A stretch of DNA of 64,000 bases from Ostreococcus lucimarinus. Taxonomy: Eukaryota. The DNA lies in assembly GCA_000092065.1 (NCBI GenBank), contig CP000595.1. One strand, written 5' to 3'. Below, one piece after another: positions 1 to 8,991 of the stretch (positions are counted from its first letter, which is position 1; each line of letters opens with the position of its first letter). The notes beneath the pieces are model-generated. The model saw only the letters and a list, made by a program, of their open reading frames with translations, had not been told where the DNA came from and ran no database searches. Made by a program: the position numbers and the translations under genes.

Positions 1-317
1 TTTCGAATCTCACGACGAACGCTCGTTTACTGACTTCGCGCTCCTCGTCGAACAGGCATGCTCTTCTTGACGGAGGATAACGACTTCGCGGGCGACGAGC
101 AGACGATCACGATGGACGAACTGGTGGAATTGACCGAGGACATGTAGAGCCCTCGATCGGGACGAAACAGCGCGCCTCAATGTATTTAACTTTACCCATT
201 TTCTTTCCAAAACTGAACCCGCGCGCCCCCCCCCCCAGCGTCGACGCGCGCGCGCGCCGAGCGTCGAATGTTCACTCTAATGTCGTTTCGTGCAGTGTTA
301 CAACTGAAAAGTATTGA

Positions 318-1451
318 TTAGAAGCACTTACGGTGGACGATAGAAGGTCCGGCTTCGTTGTACTCGCTCTTCGCGATCCACATTTGTTGGAACGTGGACA
401 AAGACGCGAGGATGGACCCGCCGATCCAAACCGAGTACTTGCGCTCGTGCGGGGCGACGACCTTGATTTTCATGGACGACGGCGCCAGAGCGGTGAGCTC
501 CTTGGACACGCGATCGGCGATGCCGGGGAACATGGTAGTACCACCGGAAAGCACGATGTTGGCGTACAAATCGCGCCTGATGTCGACGTCGCAACGCATG
601 ATGGAGTTGTACGTCGTCTCGTGAATGCCCGGGGTTTCCATGCCGATCAAACTGGGCTGGAACAAAACCTCGGGGCAACGGAAACGTTCGTTACCGATCG
701 TGATCATTTGTCCATCGGGAAGCTCGTACGACTTCTCGATCGTGGAGGAGCTTTGGCTCGCCGCCATTTCCTCGTCGAAATCCACCGCGACGTACGCGAG
801 CTTCTCCTTGATGTCGCGAACGATTTCGCGCTCCGCCGACGTCGTGAAAGAGTGTCCGCGCTCGGTCAAGATCTTCACCATGTAATCGGTCAAATCTCTA
901 CCCGCGAGATCGAGGCGAAGGATGGCGTGCGGTAACGCGTAGCCCTCGTAAATCGGCACCGTGTGCGATACGCCGTCGCCGCAGTCGAGCACGATGCCCG
1001 TCGTGCGGCCCGAGGCGTACAGGGACAACACGGCCTGGATGGAGACGTACATGGCGGGCACGTTGAAAGTCTCGAACATGATTTGGCACATCTTCTCGCG
1101 ATTCGCCTTCGGGTTCATCGGGGCCTCGGTCAAAAGCACGGGGTGCTCGGCCGGGTCCACGCGAAGCTCGTTGTAAAACGTGTGATGCCAGATCTTCTCC
1201 ATGTCGTCCCAGTTGGTGACGATCCCGTGTTCGATCGGATACTTGAGCGTCAAGATCCCTCGCTTACTCTGCGCCTCGTCTCCGACGTAGCAATCCTTCT
1301 GCCCCATGCCCACCATGACGCCGTGGTGTCGCGGTCGACCGACGATGGACGGAAACACCGCCTTCGGGGCGTCGTCGCCCGCGAACCCGGCTTTCACCAT
1401 CCCCGACCCGTTATCGCACACCAGCGCGGACACTTCGCCCTCATCCGCCAT
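318..1451 (-). CDS. ACT: Actin
   Basis: 377-aa translation starting [40 protein letters not shown] and ending IVHRKCF matches full-length actin. ATG at 1451 is inside the longer GTG-initiated track ORF 318..1637. No intron. Confidence 0.95.
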   Translation of the reverse strand: MADEGEVSALVCDNGSGMVKAGFAGDDAPKAVFPSIVGRPRHHGVMVGMGQKDCYVGDEAQSKRGILTLKYPIEHGIVTNWDDMEKIWHHTFYNELRVDPAEHPVLLTEAPMNPKANREKMCQIMFETFNVPAMYVSIQAVLSLYASGRTTGIVLDCGDGVSHTVPIYEGYALPHAILRLDLAGRDLTDYMVKILTERGHSFTTSAEREIVRDIKEKLAYVAVDFDEEMAASQSSSTIEKSYELPDGQMITIGNERFRCPEVLFQPSLIGMETPGIHETTYNSIMRCDVDIRRDLYANIVLSGGTTMFPGIADRVSKELTALAPSSMKIKVVAPHERKYSVWIGGSILASLSTFQQMWIAKSEYNEAGPSIVHRKCF

Positions 1452-2213
1452 CTTTCTTTCGTTCCTACGAATTCCGTCCGCGTCCTCGTCGCGCGTCGTC
1501 AGTCCTCGCTCGCGCGTCCTCGTCGCCGATCTCGTCCCGTCGCGTCGCGTCGCGTCGCGTCGCGTCCTCGTCCGCGACGCGACTCGCGCCGTCCTCTCGC
1601 GCGCGTCTCGCGCGCGTCTCGCGGTTCGTTCGTCCACCCCGAGCCGTCGCGCCCGATCGATCGTTCGCGAATCGTTCGCGAATCGAATCGTTCGCGAATC
1701 GGGGTGCGAATCGAATCAATCAATCAATCAACGACTCGCTTTGAAATCGTTCGCGCATCCGTCGCCCGTTCGCGTTTTGTCGTTCGCGTCGCGCCCGCGC
1801 GACCGACGTCGAATCCTCGGGACGTCGCGCGCGCCTCGGTCGCGTCGGTCGCGCGCCTCGCCTCGCCTCGCGCGCACCGTCGTCCGTCGTCCGCCGCGAT
1901 CTCGCGGTCGTCGCGAACGCAATCAATCGCGACGTCGCGGGCGCGTCGCATCGTCGCGGGCGCGCGCGTCGCGGCCCGGCGGTGTGTACCGTATATAAAA
2001 TACGAAACAATCGCGTATACGTTAGATCCCAAAACACCCATATATCGATCAATCACACGACCCAGATGTGCCCCGATCGCGATCGCGCGGCGCGCGGCGC
2101 GTCGCCGACGGGGGGTCTCTCGTCTATATAAAATACGAATCAATCACGTATACATAACACCCCAAAATTGCGAGCTATACCTTATCAGTATGTATTACTT
2201 TCCACGTCCCTAA
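1372..2213. repeat. Actin 5' coding end + 5'UTR/promoter block, copy 1 of a tandem direct duplication (copy 2 at 3551-4410)
   Basis: Identical peptides appear in several frames of both copies ([17 protein letters not shown]..., [23 protein letters not shown]...). Contains (GTCGC)n, (CGAATCGTT)n and (AATC)n microsatellites and two TATATAAAATACGAA[AT]CAATC[GA]CGTATAC elements. Confidence 0.85.
1990..2150. promoter_or_regulatory. Two TATA-box-like AT-rich elements (cgTATATAAAATACGAAaCAATCgCGTATAC and tcTATATAAAATACGAAtCAATCaCGTATAC) upstream of actin
   Basis: Perfect TATAAAA cores in an otherwise 65% GC context. Each is followed by GTATAC and a conserved cgatcaatcacacgacccag motif. Repeated again at about 4160-4200 and 4300-4345. 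Confidence 0.5.
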
Positions 2214-2593
2214 TATGTGCGCGCCGTCGAAGTGCTAATAACTCGCGACGACGCTACAACGCGACGCGCGGCGCGCGCGGCGCCGGGATCTCGCGCTCGT
2301 GATCTTTTACTTTCCGCCGACGCGCCGTTCGCGCGGAACTGCGATTCCGAAGTGTGCCGCTTTCATGCTAGACGTAACTTTTTGATTTTAGATTTTAAGG
2401 ATACAAACGAACTACTCGCGTGATTACACTGGGATACCGCATGGAATAGCGCGTTTGTGACCTAGATACAACTTCGGACAATGGTCTCGAATACAAAGTA
2501 TATTAACACATGAAAACCCATGGGCCACGTCACAAGCACTGGCGTATCAACTTTCGTAGGACATGTGCCAAAGAAGTGTCAATTAATTGCCCA

Positions 2594-3634
2594 TCAGCGC
2601 AGTGGCGTTTTAGAACCAGAAACTTTTTGCACATCTATATACTTGAGGTTTCCTATTTGGATGTTTCCTGCGGACTGCCAATCCCACTCATACAAAAGAA
2701 TGCTAAGTACAGACTGATCGTATCGGTGCACAATATATTCTGTTGAAGGTGGGCCTTTGCGTGGTTTCGTCAGCTTACGACTGGATCCTGGAGGTGCCAT
2801 GCAAGAAAGACAGTTATGCACGCCGCATGCTATCCAAGGCGCGAGAACTGTCTTGTAAACATCCGACTGGAGGTTCGCTATCCAATATGTGGCAGCTATC
2901 TCCGTAAAGTTTTTGAATTTCGTACGGTCGACGTTCAGATAAGCATAAGTGGCGGGGTGTGTGTTCACCCCCATACCCAAAGCACCCAAACGACCGGCGA
3001 ATCCCACACCATCTTCGAGCACGTGAGACACCCACGTTTCCGGGTTTCCAAGGAAACGTGTTGAAGAATCTGCCCACATGAAAGCATCCAGGTCGTCAAA
3101 CACACGTAAAAACATCTGCACTACACGTGGTTTAAAACAGTACGTGTCTAAACGCTCTTGCTCTTCTATCACTAACGTCTGCAACTTGATCTGCGCCTTT
3201 ACTTTTTTCAATTGTAGCTTGTACTTTTGCAATAACCTGAACTCCGCATGCGCCATATCCAACGCGTCAACCTTGTGCATGTAGTATACAGAAACTATCC
3301 CACCATACCGGCTGTCTGCTAGAGAGCGCAGCATATCGAGATTTTCAGCGGCGTGGTTCGATGAGCACGCTGTCACTATTGCAAATCTGACTGTCTTGGC
3401 GCGAGTCCTGTGGCCGAGTCCTAAAATAAATTGAGGCCTGTGAAAAGCCAAATATCCCAACAATAACAGGAGCAGCGTGTTCAAGTGCGTACACGCCCTG
3501 AATTTCCACCGGTCTGCTTGGTCGTCGCCCCTGAATTTCCACCAGTCTGCTTGGTCGTCGCCCGCGAACCCGGCTTTCACCATCCCCGACCCGTTATCGC
3601 ACACCAGCGCGGACAGTTCGCCCTCATCCGCCAT
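2594..3634 (-). CDS. Chimeric ORF: actin codons 1-27 fused in frame to a low-GC type II membrane glycosyltransferase-like protein (GT-A/DxD type, GT34/GT77-like; family uncertain)
   Basis: A 346-aa ORF begins with the actin ATG ([27 protein letters not shown], 1 nt different from the intact actin copy). It diverges into QADWWKF..., has a hydrophobic signal-anchor [14 protein letters not shown], then a conserved-looking domain ([13 protein letters not shown] ... [29 protein letters not shown]). The body sits in a ~45% GC island with flanks at ~65%. Confidence 0.5.
   Translation of the reverse strand: MADEGELSALVCDNGSGMVKAGFAGDDQADWWKFRGDDQADRWKFRACTHLNTLLLLLLGYLAFHRPQFILGLGHRTRAKTVRFAIVTACSSNHAAENLDMLRSLADSRYGGIVSVYYMHKVDALDMAHAEFRLLQKYKLQLKKVKAQIKLQTLVIEEQERLDTYCFKPRVVQMFLRVFDDLDAFMWADSSTRFLGNPETWVSHVLEDGVGFAGRLGALGMGVNTHPATYAYLNVDRTKFKNFTEIAATYWIANLQSDVYKTVLAPWIACGVHNCLSCMAPPGSSRKLTKPRKGPPSTEYIVHRYDQSVLSILLYEWDWQSAGNIQIGNLKYIDVQKVSGSKTPLR
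3495..3560. repeat. 33-bp tandem duplication (x2) at the actin-fragment/glycosyltransferase junction
   Basis: cctgaatttccacc[g/a]gtctgcttggtcgtcgcc appears twice in tandem. On the minus strand it encodes the repeated [11 protein letters not shown] / [11 protein letters not shown]. Confidence 0.8.
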
Positions 3635-4410
3635 CTTTCTTTCGTTCCTACGAATTCCGTCCGCGTCCTCGTCGCGCGTCGTCAGTCCTCGCTCGCGCGT
3701 CCTCGTCGCCGATCTCGTCCCGTCGCGTCGCGTCGCGTCGCGTCCTCGTCCCCGACGCGACTCGCGCCGCTCTCTCGCGCGCGTCTCGCGCGCGTCTCGC
3801 GGTTCGTTCGTCCACCCCGAGCCGTCGCGCCCGATCGATCGTTCGCGAATCGTTCGCGAGATCGCGAATCGTTCGCGAATCGTTCGCGAATCGAATCAAT
3901 CAATCAACGACTCGCTTTGAAATCGTTCGCGCATCCGTCGCCCGTTCGCGTTTTGTCGTTCGCGTCGCGCCCGCGCGCGCGACGTCGAATCCTCGGGACG
4001 TCGCGCGCGCCTCGGTCGCGTCGCGTCGCGTCGGTCGCCTCGCCTCGCCTCGCGCGCACCGTCGTCCGTCGTCCGCCGCGATCTCGCGGTCGTCGCGAAC
4101 GCAATCAATCGCGACGTCGCGGGCGCGGCGTCGCGGCGTCGCGGGCCGGCGGGGTGTTGTACGATATATAAAATACGAAACAATCGCGTATACATTACAC
4201 CCCAAACTACCGATATGTCGATCAATCACACGACCCAGACCCCCCGCGATCGCCGTTCGCCCCGATCGCGATCGCGCGGCGCCGGACGCGCGCCGCGCGA
4301 TCTCTCGTCTATATAAAATACGAATCAATCACGTATACATTATCCCCCAAACCACCCATATATCGATCAATCACACGACCCAGATGTGCCCCGATCGCGA
4401 TCGCGCGGCG
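3551..4410. repeat. Actin 5' coding end + 5'UTR/promoter block, copy 2
   Basis: Near-identical to 1372-2213, including the microsatellites and TATA-like elements, with small indels and an extra internal copy of the cgatcaatcacacgacccag unit. Confidence 0.85.
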
Positions 4411-4721
4411 CCGGCGCGTCGCCGACGGTTTCCGCGGCGTCGGCGCTTTTTACGCGCCGCGCGACGCGCGCGCGTCGCGAGATCGCGCCGCGGTGGCGTC
4501 GCGCGGCGTTCGAGCGGACGCGGTCACGCGCGCGCGTCGTACACACATACGCGCCGACGCCACAACGCGCACCGCGCACGCACAACGCGCGCATCGTGTC
4601 GCCGTCGACGCGAAAAAGCGTCGTAGGTTTGTCGGATAACGTGACGCGGATCGCGCGCGAGCGCGACGTCGGATAACGAGACGGCTCGCGAGGGGGCGCG
4701 CGTCGCGAGATCGCGCGCGCG

Positions 4722-7127
4722 ATGGCGATGACGCGCGCGATGGCGCACACCGCGTCGCACACCGCGTCGCATACGCGTCCGACGTCGCGAACGGGACGCG
4801 GGACGCGACGCGCGCGCGCGCGCGCGATTCGGAACGACGAGGCGAGCGACGCCGAGGCGGGCGTCGAACGAGGCGAAGACGTCGAGCGGGCGACGCGGGC
4901 GACGCACGCGGTGTACGTGGAGAATCCCGACGGTGGGACGAACACGTGCGTGCGCGTGGTGGGGCCGAATCGCCGGGGGGGGTTGGCGAAAATAATCGCC
5001 GCGTTGACGAATTACGGGTTGGACGTGCAGAGCTCGTTCACGCGGACGACGGCGAACGGGAGCAGCGTGGACGACGTCTTTTACGTCACGTGGGATCCGA
5101 GAGAGGCGGGGAAGTCATTCGATGAATCTCACGCGCGATTGGCGTCGCAGTTGGAGGAAGATCGATTCGAGGATTTGAAAAGGTTCATCGTCGACGCCAT
5201 GACGCCGACGGAGACGCGCGAGCGGTACACGTCGCGCATGCCGAAGATTTACGGCATCGCCGCCGAATCTGAAGTTTTGGCGATGAAGCGACGATTGGAT
5301 GACGCGATCGACCCGTCGAATCAGGAGGAGTCGAAGATCGCGCGCGACCCCGTCTTCATGGCGTCGCAGCTCGAGTTCGTCGCCGCCGAGTTGGCGAGCG
5401 CCACGGCGCGCCTGGTGCAAATCGACCGCGTCTACGCCAAGGTTGAATCTTGCGGGGTGGAGTATTTATGGGAACTCGAAGGCTCCGATGAAGAAGTCGT
5501 GAACGACGAGTGCGTCGTCATCGAAGCCGAGCGCTCCGACGCTCGCGCGATGTTTGAACGCAAGCTCGCCGCCATGGAGGCGGCGCTCGCCGCTCGCGAC
5601 CGAGCGCGAAGAGGGCTCACGACATCATCGGACACCGCTTCGGGTGTCGCGGTGGTGCAACGGACCGATGAAGCGACGTCCACGCTCGCGAAATCACGCC
5701 AGCCTCTGAACGAAAACAACACCACCAAGGCGAAGCTTTCCAAGCTTTCCACGGATATGGCGCCGCAGACGCCGTTCGCCTCGCCCCTCAGTCGCCCTCT
5801 CCCTTCGACACCGTGCGGAAACGGTCGGGAACTCATCCTTCAAGGCTTCAATTGGGAGTCGTGCAACGAAAAAGCGAACAACGATCGATCTTGGTATCAA
5901 CTGTTGAATGAAAAGGTTCCCGAAATCGCCGCCGCGGGCTTCACCTCCGTTTGGATGCCCCCGCCGACGAAATCCGTGAGCAAGCAAGGGTACCTTCCCA
6001 CCGACTTGTACAACTTGAACTCCTTCTACGGCTCAGAAGATGAGCTGAGATCATGCGTCGCTCGCATGCGCGAGTACAACATCACGCCGGTGGCGGATAT
6101 CGTCATCAATCACCGCTGCGCCGAGGCGCAGGACGACGCGGGGCGATGGAACAAGTACACGGGGAAGATTGATTGGGATGCGCGCGCGATCACGTGCGAG
6201 AACCCGCAATTCGGGGGACAGGGATCGCAAAGCACGGGCGAGGACTATCTTCCCGCGCCGAACATCGATCACACTCAACAGTTCGTCCGCAAGGATTTGA
6301 AGGAGTGGCTTTCGTGGATGCGCGACGACGTCGGATTCCGCGGCTGGCGATTTGATTTCGTCAAAGGCTACAGCGGCGTGTTCACTGGAGAGTACGTCGA
6401 AGAAACGCGTCCTTTCTTATCGTTCGGCGAATTTTGGGACGAATGCTCATACCGTGACGGGGTTTTGGAATACAATCAAGACGCGCACCGTCAACGAACG
6501 TGCGACTGGGTGGATTCCACCGGCGGTAACACGGCGGCGTTTGATTTCACCACCAAGGGTATTCTGCAAGAAGCAGTCGCACGCACCGAGTACTGGCGAT
6601 TGATCGACACGAAAGGGCGCCCACCGGGTTTTTGCGGCATGTGGCCCTCTCGCGCCGTTACGTTCATCGAAAATCACGACACGGGCTCGACGCTCCAGCA
6701 CTGGCCGTTTCCGAGGGATAAAATATTGCAAGGATACTGCTACATCCTCACCCATCCGGGAACACCCACGGTGTTCTACGACCACTGGGTCGACCCGAAG
6801 TGGTCGGAGGCCATCGGCGTGATGTTGGATATTCGCAAGCGCACCGGGCTTTCGTCCAACGCCGCCGCCGTGCACATCGAGCGCGCCACCGCCGGTCTTT
6901 ACGCCGCGCACATCGGGCACGCGCAAGAGATGTACACCGAAGGGTTGAGCATGGACGTCGATGTCAAACGTCCGTCGATCTGCATGAAGCTCGGCGTCGA
7001 AGACTGGTCGCCAAACGCGGCTAAAGTTGGAAACTTGTCGTGGAAGTGCACGGCGAGCGGCGATGGATGGGCGATTTGGGAAGACAAGAACCATCTTGAA
7101 GACGAAGAAATCAGCAAAGCGAGGTGA
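4722..7127 (+). CDS. AMY: Alpha-amylase (GH13, plant AMY3-like) with an N-terminal ACT-like regulatory domain
   Basis: Catalytic-domain motifs are present: GFNWES, DIVINHR, GWRFDFVKGY, FIENHDTGS. The N-terminal ~250 aa carry an ACT-like fold (VVGPNRRGGLAKIIAALTNYGLDVQSS). Confidence 0.9.
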   Translation: MAMTRAMAHTASHTASHTRPTSRTGRGTRRARARAIRNDEASDAEAGVERGEDVERATRATHAVYVENPDGGTNTCVRVVGPNRRGGLAKIIAALTNYGLDVQSSFTRTTANGSSVDDVFYVTWDPREAGKSFDESHARLASQLEEDRFEDLKRFIVDAMTPTETRERYTSRMPKIYGIAAESEVLAMKRRLDDAIDPSNQEESKIARDPVFMASQLEFVAAELASATARLVQIDRVYAKVESCGVEYLWELEGSDEEVVNDECVVIEAERSDARAMFERKLAAMEAALAARDRARRGLTTSSDTASGVAVVQRTDEATSTLAKSRQPLNENNTTKAKLSKLSTDMAPQTPFASPLSRPLPSTPCGNGRELILQGFNWESCNEKANNDRSWYQLLNEKVPEIAAAGFTSVWMPPPTKSVSKQGYLPTDLYNLNSFYGSEDELRSCVARMREYNITPVADIVINHRCAEAQDDAGRWNKYTGKIDWDARAITCENPQFGGQGSQSTGEDYLPAPNIDHTQQFVRKDLKEWLSWMRDDVGFRGWRFDFVKGYSGVFTGEYVEETRPFLSFGEFWDECSYRDGVLEYNQDAHRQRTCDWVDSTGGNTAAFDFTTKGILQEAVARTEYWRLIDTKGRPPGFCGMWPSRAVTFIENHDTGSTLQHWPFPRDKILQGYCYILTHPGTPTVFYDHWVDPKWSEAIGVMLDIRKRTGLSSNAAAVHIERATAGLYAAHIGHAQEMYTEGLSMDVDVKRPSICMKLGVEDWSPNAAKVGNLSWKCTASGDGWAIWEDKNHLEDEEISKAR

Positions 7128-7385
7128 AGGAGATCGCAAATTTAATCGAAACGCATAGCTCCACTGTTTCTTTTAAATGTAATGCAAAATTGACGCATTA
7201 AACACACCGGCCATCTGCGCGCGCCGACATCGTAGAATTCTGCGCGCCGGTTCGGGAGCGCTCTATCGAGAAAGATTGGCGAAGCAGAGGATGATTTAAG
7301 AGCAAGTAACATTGAAACGCATAATATTAATGAGTAAATTCGAGCGCCTCACGCGAAAACGAGTTCATCGCAGGAGGTGAACCGC

Positions 7386-8537
7386 TTAGTAGAAGCCGAA
7401 GCCCTTGGCCGCGTTGGTGAGGACGTTGGAGTGAACCGGGTCCGCAACGTGGGATTGCCAGTTGGCGATCGGGCCTTCTTGGGTGGCGAGCGCTTGGAAG
7501 ATGCAGCCCAACCACGCGAACATGGACAAGCGGCAGTGCTTGAGCTCCTTGATCTTGAGTTCTTCAAGGTCGCCAGACTCGGCGAGGCCGAGCGGGTCGA
7601 AGCGTCCACCCGGGTTGACGTCACCGACGGTGAGGCCATCATCGAACGGAGAGTCGGAGATACCGGTACGGTACGCTTCCGCGGCGCCGACGAGAACGAT
7701 CTCGATGATGAGAACGTTCCAGAAGGACGGGTAGCCAGAGCCTTCCGGCGCGAGCGGGGCGACGGCGCCCGGGAACTTGTCCGCAACGGCGGTGCAGTCA
7801 TCCGGGGTGCACAAGGTACCCGCGGTGAACCACGGGATACCGGTGCCGTTTTCGGCGGCCCACGCGCCGGTGACACCGAGCATCGCCCAGCGGCCGTGGA
7901 TCACTTCACGCTCGGCGTTCTTTTCGTCGCCGAACGGGATGATCGGGGATTCGCCACCGCCCGGGTAGGTACCGAATTCCGGGTAGATGTCAGCCTTGAC
8001 CGTCGTGGAGACAGACTTGGCCTGCGATCGTTAAAAAGCGCGCGAAGCGAACGTTCGTCAGTCACCGATCGCGCGCGCGTCGTTTCACGCCGCCGTCCCG
8101 CCTCTCCGCGCGTCGCGCGCGAACCGCGAACCCAATCCACCGTTCACGACTCAGCGCCGACCCCCTCCCGAATCCCCGCGCGATAAAGATACGATACGGA
8201 AACCGCCACGAATCGCGTATCGCGCGCGTCTCGCGCGTCTCTCGCCCGCGCCCTCCCCCCCGCGCGGCGCCTCCGATTCAAATCATTTCTCTCCGCGCGT
8301 TCGCGTCGTCCCAGCGCCGTCGCCTCGCCGCGCGCGCGTCCCGCGTCGCCGCGCCCCGTCGCGCGCGATCCCATCCCATCGCGCGCGTCCCATCGCGTCC
8401 CGCGTCGCCGCGTCTCCGCGCGCCGCGTCCCCGCGTCTCCGCGCGTCGCTCGAAGGCTAAAAAATACGCACTTGGATCTTGGTCGCCTTGAAGGCGGCGA
8501 CGCGGCCGACGAAGGAGGAAGCGAGAAGGGCAGACAT
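7386..8537 (-). CDS. LHC: Light-harvesting chlorophyll a/b-binding protein (LHC), two exons: 8537..8472 and 8021..7386. Intron 8471..8022 with GTGCGT donor and CAG acceptor.
   Basis: Exon 2 encodes EREVIHGRWAMLG (helix 1) and EELKIKELKHCRLSMFAWLG (helix 3). Exon 1 encodes MSALLASSFVGRVAAFKATKIQ, followed by a canonical donor. Exon 2 starts right after a CAG and an in-frame TAA. Both splice sites are frame-anchored to the ORF track. Confidence 0.85.
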
Positions 8538-8991
8538 TGTAGAAATGCGCGTGTGCAGGAATGCCGATACGCGTGGGCGCGATCGCGTCTTGGGATTCGC
8601 CCGCGGTCGGTCGCCGCGATCGTCCGCGCGCCGCGCTCGTATTACGCGCGTCGCGAACGCCGCTTAGTGTTCGATCGCGCGCGATCGCGCGCGTAAATAA
8701 AAAAAATACGACCCGCGATCGCGCGCGCGATCCGATCGGTCTCGCGGCGTCGCGCGTGCACACACGGACCACGCGCGCCACACCGTCGTCGCGCCGTCGC
8801 GCGCGCGATCGCGCGTCGCGAGAGCGCGACGCGCGTCGACGCGCGTCGACGGCGCGACGCGAGGCGAGGCGAACGCGATCGTCGAGGCCGCGCGCGTCGA
8901 CGCGCGCGTCGCGAGCGTCGGCGCGGCGTCGCGCGACGCGGCGAGGGACGTCGCGAGCGTTGGGTGTTACGCGCGCGCGAGCGGCGACGCG

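Noticed and set aside
1-147. Possible 3' end of a gene entering from the left edge (frame ending ...MLFLTEDNDFAGDEQTITMDELVELTEDM-stop at 145-147). Bases 2-9 also contain TTCGAATC, which resembles a tRNA T-loop
   Set aside because: The fragment is too short and truncated by the window edge to assign a family. The tRNA-like motif lacks a complete cloverleaf within the window.
318-1637. Track ORF start codons (for example 1637, 34614, 45952, 61881, 51846) taken as protein N-termini
   Set aside because: Inspection shows these track ORFs begin at GTG or TTG codons translated as M. For actin, PDS, Psb28, NEDD8 and MCRS1 the real N-termini are internal ATGs, so the upstream extensions are not coding.
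2420-3480. Considered whether the low-GC island is a transposable element or introner insertion rather than a gene
   Set aside because: No terminal inverted or direct repeats, target-site duplication, or transposase/RT motifs are visible. Instead an ~850-bp stop-free frame with a glycosyltransferase-like domain is present. Open frames this long are unlikely by chance in AT-richer DNA, so a protein-coding origin is favoured.
8538-8990. Extremely CG-rich low-complexity stretch (runs of cgcgcg and gcgtcgcg) between the LHC first exon and the next gene
   Set aside because: It looks like an ordinary GC-rich intergenic or 5'UTR region of this genome. There is no repeat-unit structure suggesting a satellite or CRISPR-like array.
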